Assembly (NCBI GenBank): GCA_938015595.1
Contig: CALLPI010000010.1
Span: 214,167-278,166 of the forward strand
DNA: 64,000 nucleotides
Source: an uncultured Saprospiraceae bacterium
GTDB taxonomy: Bacteria; Bacteroidota; Bacteroidia; Chitinophagales; Saprospiraceae
Direction of reading: 5' to 3'
Positions 28,009 to 38,035 of the stretch are shown here, in pieces. The notes below the pieces were generated by a model. The model was not told the DNA's origin. It made no database searches and worked only from the letters and a program-made list of their open reading frames with translations. Within the stretch, counting starts at the first letter, position 1; the number at the start of each line of letters is the position of its first letter. Both the position numbers and the translations under genes were made by a program.

Positions 28009-31000
28009 ATGAAATTTTTCGCTACTTTAGGATTAATCCTATGCGCATGGAGCTTGAGCATCAATATCTTACACGCACAGGCAAGTTCTTGTACCTACAC
28101 CCTGGAGATGTTTGACTCCTTTGGCGACGGATGGAATGGGGCTTCTTTGATCGTCAACCTTGGCGGGCAAAACACCGCTTACGCTGTTAGCCCAACAGAC
28201 AATGGCGGTTTTTCCCTTACGGTCAACCTGATAGTGAATAACGGCCAAACCCTAACGCTCACTTTTGTCTCTGGCATTTTCGACAATGAAATCACCTACA
28301 TCTTGCGCGACAGCGATGGCAATGTCCTCTTCAGCGATGGACCCGACCCTGAAGTCGGTGCTGTATTCACCACTACTGTAGCATGCCCCGTGTGCCCGGC
28401 CTTGTCGCCTACTGGAGTAGCAGCGCTAGATGTGCGAGCATTTACGGCACGCATCGGCTGGATACCCACCGACTCGCAAGGAGTTTACCTCATTGAATAC
28501 GGCCCTGTTGGTTTTACCCCAGGCACTGGTATTTCCATATCAGCCACAGGCAATAATCGCAACCTCACCGGCCTGCAGCAAAACACCAGCTATCATTACT
28601 ATATGCGGGTAGTGTGCGCCTCCGGCGATACAAGTAATGTAGTGGGGCCATTTAGTTTCAAAACCCTATTTGCCCGCGATGTAGGCGTTGCAGCGCTGAT
28701 CACACCACAAACCGCATGCAGCCTCGGCCCTGCCGAGCAAATCCGCGTACGCATTCGCAACTTCGGCGGCAATCCGCAGTCGCTCATCCCCATACGCTTT
28801 AGTGTGAATGGCCAACTCGCTCCGGTCAATATTCCGGTGGACGGTTTCTACACTGGCGTGCTGGGCAAGGATAGCAGCGATATCTTTATTTTTGACTTAC
28901 GATGGGACTTCTCCGAACCCGGTGAATACACCTTGCGCATCTGGACCGACCTCCAGGGCGATAGCCTGCGTACCAACGACACACTGACCGCGGTATTGGT
29001 GAGCATCCCGCTCATTAATCAGTACCCTTACCTGGAAAATTTTGAAACCTGGAACGGCGGCTGGCGTGTGGCGGAAAACAGCGTCAACTCCAGCTGGCAA
29101 TTCGGGCGCCCTAATTCGTCCCTGCTCAATACTGCGGCCAGCGGGCAAAATGCCTGGGTGACCAACCTCACCGGCCCTTACAACAACAGCGAATTGTCGT
29201 ATCTGGTATCGCCTTGCCTCGACTTCTCCAGCTTCACCACCGACCCACACCTCAGTTTTTCCCTGTGGTTTGATTCGGAAAGCTGTTGCGACGAGGGCTG
29301 GGTAGAAAGCAGTATTGACGGCGGGCAAACTTGGACCAAAGTCGGTACTGCCGGCACAGGCCTCAATTGGTACAACAACGCCACGATGCAATGGTGGAAT
29401 GGTACGGGCGGCTTTACCGGCTGGGTCACAGCGCTCAATACCCTTACAGGCACGGCAGGTCAATCTGACGTGCGCATCCGCTTCGCGTTCAGTTCTGATG
29501 GGTCTGTTGCCCGAGAGGGCATGGGCATTGACAATGTATTCATTTCGCCTCCGGCGGCCTTGGATATATTTACCGTCAACGCTACTTACACTCCGGCCGT
29601 GGCTTGCGGCACAGAAAGCGGTACAGTGCGCATCAATCTACTCAACCTGGGCACACAGGTGCAAACGGGCTTCAACGTAGCCTACTCTGTCAATGGTGGC
29701 ACGCCTGTAGTAGAAACCGTAGGGGCGCTAAGTATCCAGCCTAATCAACAAGGCGCCTACACCTTCAATACACCCATTGAGTTTAATCAAAACGGCACAT
29801 ACAACATTAAAGTGTGGAGCGACCTCGACGGTGACCTGGTGCCCTTGAACGATACCACTCAAATCAGCGTAGTAGTAGACCTAGTGCCTGTTGTGTCCAA
29901 TATTCCCTATCTGGCAGATTTTGAAGCCGGCCCTGGCGGCTGGCGTGTAGCTCAGGAGAGCGTAAACCCCTCCTGGCAGTTTGGCGTACCTGCAGCCCCT
30001 CAATTGAACACTGCTGCTGGCGGGCAAAATGCCTGGGTCACCAACCTAACCGGCAGCTACAACAACAACGAGAACTCCTATCTTCTGTCGCCCTGTTTTG
30101 ACTTTTCAGCCCTGGCACAAGATCCACGCCTCAGTTTTTCGTTGTGGTTCGATTCAGAAAACTGCTGCGACGAAGGCTGGGTAGAACGCAGTATTGATGG
30201 CGGCCAAACCTGGGTAAAGGTAGGTAGCGCCGGCACAGGCCTCAACTGGTACAACAACGCCACGATGCAATGGTGGAACGGTACAGGCGGCTTTACTGGC
30301 TGGGTCACAGCCTTCAATACGCTCACAGGTACAGCCGGCCAAGCCAATGTGCGCATCCGCTTCGTGTTCAGTTCTGATGGGTCTGTTGTCCGGGAGGGTA
30401 TGGGCATTGACAACGTGCGCATCTTTCTGCCTGCACCTAATGACCTGGCCGGTGCAAGTGCCGTTTACACGCCTACACAAGGCTGCGGCTCCGAAACAGG
30501 CTCGCTGTACATCACCCTGGCCAACTACGGCTCGCAACCCCAAACAGGCTTCAGTGTAGGCTACTCCATCAATGGTGCACCCCCAGTGATAGAAAACGTA
30601 GGCAACCTGACAGTGCAACCCAACCAGCAAGTCAACTATACCTTCGCTACACCACTTATCTTCACACAGAACGGCACGTACAACATTGCGGCCTGGTCGC
30701 AGCTAACCAATGATCAGGAGCGCAGCAATGATACCATATCTATCACCATTAGCGTGCAAATTTCCTCCACTATTAGTATTTTTCCATATAGTGATGATTT
30801 TGAAAACGGCCCCGGCGGCTGGCGCATCGGCCAGGGCAGCGTCAATGCATCCTGGCAGTTTGGCGCACCAGCGGCCCCACAACTCAATGCTGCTGCCAGT
30901 GGCCAAAATGCCTGGGTGACCAATCTGAGTGGCAACTACAACAACAGCGAAACCTCTTATCTGGTGTCTCCCTGCCTGGATTTCTCCAGCCTGAATACTG

Positions 31001-32391
31001 ACCCCAGATTCTCTTTCTCTTTGTGGTTCGATTCCGAAAATAACTTTGACCGAGGCTGGGTAGAGCGCAGCATTGATGGCGGTCAAAACTGGACAAAGGT
31101 AGGCACAGCAGGTACCGGCCAAAACTGGTACAACGACGCGACTAATCAACGCTGGACGGGTACCGGCGGCTTCACCGGCTGGGTCACAGCATTCAACACC
31201 CTCACTGGTACGGCAGGGCAAGCCGATGTACGCATCCGCTTCGTGTTCAGTTCTGATGGATCTGTTACCCGGGAGGGTATGGGCATTGACAACGTATCTA
31301 TATCTACGCCGGTAGCCAACGACCTGTTTACTGCCAGTGCATCCAATACCACCAACCAGCCCTGCGGTCATCCATTTGATCAAATCATAGTCAATCTGGT
31401 CAATGTCGGCACTGCACCTCGAACCGGCTTCAATGTAGCCTATAGTATTAATGGCGGCGCCCCCGTGATAGAAAATGTAGGGGGGCTCACTATTCAACCC
31501 GGACTGTCCGCTAGTTTTACCTTTACAACCAGTTTCAACTCTTCGCTACCTGGGCAATACATCATCCGGGTGTGGACGGAAGCCACCGGCGAGCAGATTA
31601 CGAGTAATGATACTACTACTTTCGTCTTCCGCTCAGCTCTCCCCACGCCTTACACTGAAAATTTCGAGGGCGGTGTAGTACCACCAGGCTGGACGGTGGA
31701 CCCCGACGTAGTGGTCAGCAATGCCCATGGCAATACTTCCTTCGTCATTACCGACAACCTCTGGAGTGGCGACAACGTATTCAATGCTATGACACCCCCC
31801 ATCGGCGCCATTGCGGCCAATGACACCCTGAGCTTTGACTACCGCGTGGTCAACTTCTCCGGTGTCAACATACCTACTGAGCTCACGCCCAACGACAATA
31901 TTCGCGTACAAATTTCAACTGATTGCGGCTCTACCTTCACTACCTTGCTCACCATTAACGGAACCAACCACACCCCTAGCGCTGCTATGACCACCCGACG
32001 CATCCCCCTGGGGGCCTACGCTGGCCAGAGTATTCGCATTCGCTTCAACGCCACTTGGGGCGCCGGCGACTACTGGATTGACATTGACAATATCAACATA
32101 TCATCCATGCCTACGGCTGCTGTAGAACCCCTGGATCGCCTCAGTCGGGTAACCCTGGCACCCAACCCCACCAACGGGTATGCCAGCCTAAATGTAGAAT
32201 TTGCCGAACCCGTAGATGCCCATATCACAGTGACGGATGCCACTGGAAGACAACTCCTGCTCCTGCGCGAACAGAAGGTACTCTCGGCAGTTTATCCCGT
32301 TGACCTGAGCAACTACCCTGCTGGTATCTACTTTGTGCGCATCATGGTGGACAACCAAGTGAAAACCCTAAAGCTGGTGCGCGCCAAATAA
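28009..32391 (+). CDS. large T9SS-secreted multidomain protein: DSFGDGWNG module, Fn3, three (CARDB-like Ig + MAM/LamG-like) units, an extra Ig, a beta-sandwich, and a type-A sorting domain
   Basis: ATG at 28009 gives the signal peptide MKFFATLGLILCAWSLSINILHAQ. A block of ~290 aa is repeated three times. The C-terminus APNPTNGYASLNVEF..YPAGIYFVRIMV is a Por/T9SS tail. Confidence 0.8.
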   Translation: MKFFATLGLILCAWSLSINILHAQASSCTYTLEMFDSFGDGWNGASLIVNLGGQNTAYAVSPTDNGGFSLTVNLIVNNGQTLTLTFVSGIFDNEITYILRDSDGNVLFSDGPDPEVGAVFTTTVACPVCPALSPTGVAALDVRAFTARIGWIPTDSQGVYLIEYGPVGFTPGTGISISATGNNRNLTGLQQNTSYHYYMRVVCASGDTSNVVGPFSFKTLFARDVGVAALITPQTACSLGPAEQIRVRIRNFGGNPQSLIPIRFSVNGQLAPVNIPVDGFYTGVLGKDSSDIFIFDLRWDFSEPGEYTLRIWTDLQGDSLRTNDTLTAVLVSIPLINQYPYLENFETWNGGWRVAENSVNSSWQFGRPNSSLLNTAASGQNAWVTNLTGPYNNSELSYLVSPCLDFSSFTTDPHLSFSLWFDSESCCDEGWVESSIDGGQTWTKVGTAGTGLNWYNNATMQWWNGTGGFTGWVTALNTLTGTAGQSDVRIRFAFSSDGSVAREGMGIDNVFISPPAALDIFTVNATYTPAVACGTESGTVRINLLNLGTQVQTGFNVAYSVNGGTPVVETVGALSIQPNQQGAYTFNTPIEFNQNGTYNIKVWSDLDGDLVPLNDTTQISVVVDLVPVVSNIPYLADFEAGPGGWRVAQESVNPSWQFGVPAAPQLNTAAGGQNAWVTNLTGSYNNNENSYLLSPCFDFSALAQDPRLSFSLWFDSENCCDEGWVERSIDGGQTWVKVGSAGTGLNWYNNATMQWWNGTGGFTGWVTAFNTLTGTAGQANVRIRFVFSSDGSVVREGMGIDNVRIFLPAPNDLAGASAVYTPTQGCGSETGSLYITLANYGSQPQTGFSVGYSINGAPPVIENVGNLTVQPNQQVNYTFATPLIFTQNGTYNIAAWSQLTNDQERSNDTISITISVQISSTISIFPYSDDFENGPGGWRIGQGSVNASWQFGAPAAPQLNAAASGQNAWVTNLSGNYNNSETSYLVSPCLDFSSLNTDPRFSFSLWFDSENNFDRGWVERSIDGGQNWTKVGTAGTGQNWYNDATNQRWTGTGGFTGWVTAFNTLTGTAGQADVRIRFVFSSDGSVTREGMGIDNVSISTPVANDLFTASASNTTNQPCGHPFDQIIVNLVNVGTAPRTGFNVAYSINGGAPVIENVGGLTIQPGLSASFTFTTSFNSSLPGQYIIRVWTEATGEQITSNDTTTFVFRSALPTPYTENFEGGVVPPGWTVDPDVVVSNAHGNTSFVITDNLWSGDNVFNAMTPPIGAIAANDTLSFDYRVVNFSGVNIPTELTPNDNIRVQISTDCGSTFTTLLTINGTNHTPSAAMTTRRIPLGAYAGQSIRIRFNATWGAGDYWIDIDNINISSMPTAAVEPLDRLSRVTLAPNPTNGYASLNVEFAEPVDAHITVTDATGRQLLLLREQKVLSAVYPVDLSNYPAGIYFVRIMVDNQVKTLKLVRAK
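28678..31310 (+). repeat. three in-frame tandem duplications of ~880 nt inside the T9SS cargo gene
   Basis: Unit starts are spaced 882 and 876 nt apart (YPYLENFE at 29023, IPYLADFE at 29902-29905, FPYSDDFE at 30781). 29362-29400 vs 30241-30279 is identical at 37 of 39 nt by my count. Copy 3 is more diverged. Confidence 0.8.
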
Positions 32392-32688
32392 CCACAGAAA
32401 ATGCAAAAACCTGCTGGACATAGAGGCTGTCTCACAAGCTACTCTCATTAAGGTAGCTTATAAGATAGCCTATGCACCCCCTCAACCTTGCGTACCGCCA
32501 TGTAAGTTGCAGCAAGGCAGCCACTCCTGAGCGGCACGTGCCACTGCTTTGAGAAAAAATTACCAACAAGGGTAATCTTCCGCCCTGTTGCGTAACTTCG
32601 CCGCCTCAAAACTTGACAATAAAATAACAATTCCACGACGCGCCAAAACAGAATTATTGTTATTTTTACACTAAGAAAGATTCATTGA

Positions 32689-33696
<1,008 letters not shown>

Positions 33697-33709
33697 TGTA
33701 GTTTCCTCG

Positions 33710-33753
33710 GGCTACGAGCAGTGCAGCGCTGAAACTGCCTTCTGCTCGTAGCC
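33710..33753 (+). other. 12-bp perfect stem-loop between gap and pgk (GGCTACGAGCAG / CTGCTCGTAGCC)
   Basis: Read directly from the sequence, with a 20-nt loop and no U-tract. It could be a partial terminator or an mRNA processing or stability element within a gap-pgk operon. Confidence 0.35.
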
Positions 33754-33773
33754 TTAACCCTAAAATAATAGCT

Positions 33774-34979
33774 ATGCAATTTGATTTCTCTGGCAAGAAA
33801 GTCCTTGTCCGGGTTGACTTTAATGTGCCTCTGGACAAGCAATACCATATCACGGATGATACCCGTATCCGCGAAGCACTGCCCACTATCCAGCACATTC
33901 TGGAGCAAAGTGGCGCAGTCATTCTCATGTCGCATTTTGGCCGCCCCCTCGAAAAACGCAAAGAAGACGGTAGTATCAATGTAGAGAAGTTCACCTTGCG
34001 CCACGTAGTGGAGCATCTGTCGCAACTAACTGGGCGCAACGTGCTCTTTGCCGAAGACTGCATTGGCCCCGCAGCCCAAAACGCCGCCGCCGCCCTGCAA
34101 CCCGGAGAAATCCTGCTCCTGGAAAACACTCGCTTCCACGAGGAAGAAGAAAAAGGCGACGAAGCATTTGCCCAACAACTGGCTTCCCTGGCGGATATCT
34201 ACCTCAACGACGCCTTCGGCTCGGCTCACCGCGCCCATGCTTCTACTACCATTGTGGCCAAGTACTTCCCGCCAGAGCGCAAGGGCTTCGGCTTTTTAAT
34301 GGAAAAAGAACTCAAAAACGCAGCCCAGGTACTGGACCACCCCAAGCGCCCGCTGACAGCCATCCTCGGTGGCGCCAAAGTGAGCGATAAAATCAAGATA
34401 CTGGACCGCCTAGTAGAACTCGTGGATAACCTCATCATCGGCGGCGCCATGGCCTACACATTCTTCAAGGCGCAAGGTGGCACCACAGGCAACTCGCTGG
34501 TAGAAGACGACAAACTCGACCTGGCGCGTAACTTATTGGAAAAAGCTCAAGCGCGTGGCGTGCGAGTGCTACTACCCACTGACTCCATAGTGGCCGACGC
34601 TTTTGCCGAAACGGCCAACCATCGCGTAGAACCTTCCCACCAAATTTCTGATGGGTGGATGGGCGTGGACATCGGACCGGAAGCCCGCCAAGCCTTTGCA
34701 CAAGCCATTATCCAATCCAAAACCATCTTCTGGAACGGCCCCATGGGTGTCTTCGAAATGGAACCTTTTGCTGGTGGTACGCGCGCCATCGCAGAAGCCG
34801 TAGCACAAGCTACACAGCACAATGGTGCCTTCTCGCTCATTGGCGGCGGCGATTCTGTAGCAGCTGTCAGCCAAATGGGCTTGGCCAGCCAGATAAGTTT
34901 TGTATCCACTGGCGGAGGCGCCATGCTGGAGCTCATGGAAGGCAAGGTACTGCCCGGAGTAAAGGTTATACAGGATTAA
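33774..34979 (+). CDS. pgk: phosphoglycerate kinase
   Basis: RVDFNVPL, MSHFGRP, and overall PGK similarity over 401 aa. Confidence 0.95.
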   Translation: MQFDFSGKKVLVRVDFNVPLDKQYHITDDTRIREALPTIQHILEQSGAVILMSHFGRPLEKRKEDGSINVEKFTLRHVVEHLSQLTGRNVLFAEDCIGPAAQNAAAALQPGEILLLENTRFHEEEEKGDEAFAQQLASLADIYLNDAFGSAHRAHASTTIVAKYFPPERKGFGFLMEKELKNAAQVLDHPKRPLTAILGGAKVSDKIKILDRLVELVDNLIIGGAMAYTFFKAQGGTTGNSLVEDDKLDLARNLLEKAQARGVRVLLPTDSIVADAFAETANHRVEPSHQISDGWMGVDIGPEARQAFAQAIIQSKTIFWNGPMGVFEMEPFAGGTRAIAEAVAQATQHNGAFSLIGGGDSVAAVSQMGLASQISFVSTGGGAMLELMEGKVLPGVKVIQD

Positions 34980-35006
34980 ACAAGGCTACAAGCTTTTATG
35001 CCTTGT
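34980..35006 (+). terminator. 7-bp hairpin (ACAAGGC / GCCTTGT) immediately after the pgk stop
   Basis: Read from the sequence; followed by TT only, so the tail is weak. Confidence 0.3.
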
Positions 35007-35315
35007 TTAGGTCAATCTGTTGGTACACATCTTTCAGCAAAACCGGAGCCGAATTTCTCCAGTTCGATAACGATTGCCACTCCGTGAAGTAGTAAGTTTT
35101 CCATCTATTGTGCCCATAGCAAGTGCGGATTTCTGTCCACGTTTATTGTTTTTGGAAATGATGAGGTACTGCCGAAGCAGGGGAATCTCGAAGTACTCTT
35201 TGCACTTTTTCACCTACTTTCGAGCTTCAAGATTTTACAGAAGCCACTGGCGCGGCTACCAGATTGAAATAGCGATGCGTTAAAATTTATCAGAGTTCGC
35301 GTAAAATACGGATAA

Positions 35316-36203
35316 ATGCTTAAAGCACTAATGATGGCATGGGTTTGCTGCCTGGGAGCGAGCGTGTTGCTGGCGCAGTCTCGCAAGGTGCAGCTACCTA
35401 CAGAACTAAACGAAGCCTCCGGCCTGCACATAGCCAGCCCAGACAGCCTGTGGTGGCACAATGACAGTGGTGGCGAACCAGCGCTTTACCTGACCAACGC
35501 CAAAGGAAAGTTGCTACTCAAGATACCTGTGCCACACGCCGTCAATAGAGATTGGGAAGACCTATGCGCGGCGCCCGATGGCCGTTTCTTCATCGGCGAC
35601 TTTGGCAACAATGCCAACCGCCGCCAGGACTTGCGCATATACATCTTTAACCCAGCTCATCATACTGTGGACAGCATCCTGTTTCGCTACCCTGACCAGG
35701 AGGCTTTTCCGCCACCACCTGCCCAAGCATCGTTTGATATGGAAGCCATGTGCTGGTGGAACGACACCCTGCATTTATTTTCTAAAAACCGGCTCCAGTA
35801 TGGCAATTACTACACCAAACACTACCTGCTGCCAGCTCATCCTGGGAATTATACAGCATTGCTGGCCGATAGTGTTCTCTTGCCGAAACGAGTAGCCACA
35901 GCTGCTGCTATTCGACCAGATGGCCGCCAACTGGCTCTGTTGAGCTACTATTACAAGCGCATTCTGGGTGTTTTTCCGCATACGCGCACCAGCATTTGGC
36001 TGTGGCAAGACTTCCCGCACAGCCATTTTTTTAGCGGCCAGTGTACCGAACTCAAGGTGCGCAGATGCCTGCGCCCCACCCAATACGAGGCCATAGACTA
36101 CATAGACGCTCAGACACTGATCATTGCCTCTGAGCGCGTACCGCTTCGCAAAGCGCACTGGTACCGGGTAAAGCTACCGGTGCAACCGGCTACCAGTCCG
36201 TAA
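35316..36203 (+). CDS. hypothetical secreted protein (possibly a beta-propeller/phytase-like fold)
   Basis: Signal peptide (LLAQS). NEASGL..HNDSGG and DWEDL..IGDFGNN blocks recall secreted propeller families, but I cannot name the family with confidence. Confidence 0.45.
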   Translation: MLKALMMAWVCCLGASVLLAQSRKVQLPTELNEASGLHIASPDSLWWHNDSGGEPALYLTNAKGKLLLKIPVPHAVNRDWEDLCAAPDGRFFIGDFGNNANRRQDLRIYIFNPAHHTVDSILFRYPDQEAFPPPPAQASFDMEAMCWWNDTLHLFSKNRLQYGNYYTKHYLLPAHPGNYTALLADSVLLPKRVATAAAIRPDGRQLALLSYYYKRILGVFPHTRTSIWLWQDFPHSHFFSGQCTELKVRRCLRPTQYEAIDYIDAQTLIIASERVPLRKAHWYRVKLPVQPATSP

Positions 36204-36696
36204 ACGTTTTGTTGAAAATATCTTCCATAATCTGGCCCAGAATCACATCATGTGCTTGCTGTCGCACAGAGGCCAGATCCACAGTGGTCGGATAATCAAA
36301 AAAGAACTGAAAGTTTTGCTTCCAACTTTTGCTTTCTTGCTTGTGGTCAGTGTAGTCCACTGCCAGAATGATACGCAGGCGGTTGATAGAAGCCTGCTCA
36401 CCGGGTTGCGGCGCTTCAAAAGTGACCGCATAGTCCACCACTTTGCCCTTGAACTCAATGTCGGGGTTGGTATTGTTGAGTACCAGCCGGGAGTCGGTGC
36501 GGATTTTTTCCTTGAGGGCTTCGGAAGCCTCTTGAGCCAGGGTCGGCGGTGCGTTATCGGCATTATTGACAAAGAGTTCTACCCAGTAGCTCTTGTAAAT
36601 GGAGGGGTCAATACTCACGCCGCTGAGGGTGTAGCAACCTTTGGATGTGATACCAACTGCCAGCAGAACGATACCAAGAAGCCAGAAGCGTATCAT
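36190..36696 (-). CDS. LptE-like small outer-membrane lipoprotein
   Basis: Lipobox-like N-terminus (ITSKGC), 168 aa. As I recall, the position after miaB and the sigma-54 activator matches a conserved Bacteroidota arrangement. Confidence 0.4.
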   Translation of the reverse strand: MIRFWLLGIVLLAVGITSKGCYTLSGVSIDPSIYKSYWVELFVNNADNAPPTLAQEASEALKEKIRTDSRLVLNNTNPDIEFKGKVVDYAVTFEAPQPGEQASINRLRIILAVDYTDHKQESKSWKQNFQFFFDYPTTVDLASVRQQAHDVILGQIMEDIFNKTFTDW

Positions 36697-38030
36697 TGCA
36701 TGTCGTATTCTTTAATCTTCCGGTATAGTGTACGCTCCGAGATGCCCAATTCGTGTGCGGCTTCCTTGCGCCGGCCGCCATGCTTGCGCAAGGCGCGGCG
36801 TATAAGTTCCTTTTCGTTCTCGATGAGCGAGAGGTTCTCTTCCATTACCTCCAATTGGTCGAAGTCAGCTTCTTCGGCATGCTCCAGGATGATAGGCTTA
36901 GCCATGCCGGAGGGTTCAGTAGCGAAGTTCTCTTCGCGTGCAGAAATGACAGCGCGGCTGCCAATTGCCGCTTCTTTTTGAAAAATGGGCTCGGCGTGCG
37001 GGAATGACTCTTTGGCTTCGGCAGGGGCAAAAACTGGCGACTGCAATACGCGCAAATGCTGGGTGTCGGGTACGTTGAGGTTGTTGGTGCGAATGAGCTC
37101 AAACACCAGGGTTTTGAGGTCGTTCAGGTCGCCTTTCATGTCGAAGAGCAATTTGTACAGTATTTCGCGCTCTTGCATGCTCGTACCTTCTATCCCATTT
37201 TTTTCAGGAATCATAGGCAAGTGGCGATTGAGCAGCATGGGTGCCACGCGCAGTAGCTCTTCTGCTCCCAGGGCGCGCTCCTCTGCCAGTACAGATACCT
37301 GTTCTGCTATGTTTTTCAACTCCCGAATGTTGCCGGGCCAGCTGTAGTTTTCCAGGAGCTGACGAGCTTTTTCATCCAACTGCACTGGCTGGATGCGGTA
37401 TTTCTCGGCAAAGTCCACGGCAAACTTTCGGAAAAGGATGTATATATCTTCGCGGCGTTCGCGCAGTGCCGGCACTTTGATGGGTACGGTACTAAGGCGA
37501 TAATAGAGGTCTTCGCGGAATTTGCCCTTTTTGATGCGTTCCTCCAGGTTGACGTTGGTAGCAGCTATGATACGCACGTCCGTTTTTAAGGTGGTGGAAG
37601 AACCTACGCGAATAAACTCGCCGTTTTCCAGTACTCGCAGCAGGTAGCTTTGGGTGTCCAGGGGCATTTCGCCTATTTCATCCAGGAAGATAGTACCGCC
37701 GTCGTATGCCTCAAAGTAGCCTTTGCGCTCGTTGGTAGCCCCGGTAAAAGCGCCTTTTTCATGCCCAAATAATTCGGAGTTGATAGTGCCTTCTGGAATG
37801 GCGCCGCAGTTAATGGCGATAAACTTATTGTGCTTGCGCGCGCTGAGCGAGTGGATAACCCGCGAAAATACTTCCTTCCCTACCCCGCTCTCGCCGGAAA
37901 GCAATACAGTGAGGTCGGTAGGTGCTACGCGAATGGCGGTGCTCAGGGCGCGGTCTAACAGAGGTGACTGCCCTATAATGCCAAAGCGCTGTTTGATGGA
38001 TTGAAGTTCTGACAAAGCGTTTATCTTCAA
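36693..38030 (-). CDS. sigma-54-dependent transcriptional activator (AAA+ plus Fis-type HTH, no N-terminal sensory domain)
   Basis: GESGVGKE Walker A starts by residue ~45, GAFTGA loop (EKGAFTGA), and a C-terminal HTH (ELGISERTLYRKIKEY). Confidence 0.85.
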   Translation of the reverse strand: MKINALSELQSIKQRFGIIGQSPLLDRALSTAIRVAPTDLTVLLSGESGVGKEVFSRVIHSLSARKHNKFIAINCGAIPEGTINSELFGHEKGAFTGATNERKGYFEAYDGGTIFLDEIGEMPLDTQSYLLRVLENGEFIRVGSSTTLKTDVRIIAATNVNLEERIKKGKFREDLYYRLSTVPIKVPALRERREDIYILFRKFAVDFAEKYRIQPVQLDEKARQLLENYSWPGNIRELKNIAEQVSVLAEERALGAEELLRVAPMLLNRHLPMIPEKNGIEGTSMQEREILYKLLFDMKGDLNDLKTLVFELIRTNNLNVPDTQHLRVLQSPVFAPAEAKESFPHAEPIFQKEAAIGSRAVISAREENFATEPSGMAKPIILEHAEEADFDQLEVMEENLSLIENEKELIRRALRKHGGRRKEAAHELGISERTLYRKIKEYDMQ

Positions 38031-38035
38031 ACAGT

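Noticed and set aside
28678-31310. The near-identical repeated segments might be template and variable repeats of a diversity-generating retroelement.
   Set aside because: There is no reverse transcriptase or accessory gene in the window. The copies are in-frame domain duplications, and their differences are not confined to adenine-templated positions.
32621-32666. An AT-only imperfect inverted repeat (AAAATAACAAT / ATTGTTATTTT, 24-nt loop) ~45 nt upstream of gap. The 62-aa ORF at 32448-32636 lies in the same spacer.
   Set aside because: The stem is all A:T and interrupted, so it is thermodynamically weak. The ORF has no start context or motifs. The repeat may be an operator, but that cannot be supported from sequence alone.
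35010-35260. Minus-strand reading frames in the 336-nt spacer after pgk look like two halves of one small gene broken by a frameshift. They read VKKCKEYFEIPLLRQYLIISKNNKRGQKSALAMGTIDG.. and ..RWKTYYFTEWQSLSNWRNSAPVLLKDVYQQIDLNKA*, and they end at the pgk hairpin.
   Set aside because: The first frame has no ATG (only a GTG after a stop), I recognise no family, and the total length is ~70 aa. This could be a decayed gene remnant, but the evidence is too thin to annotate. A tblastn search could revisit it.
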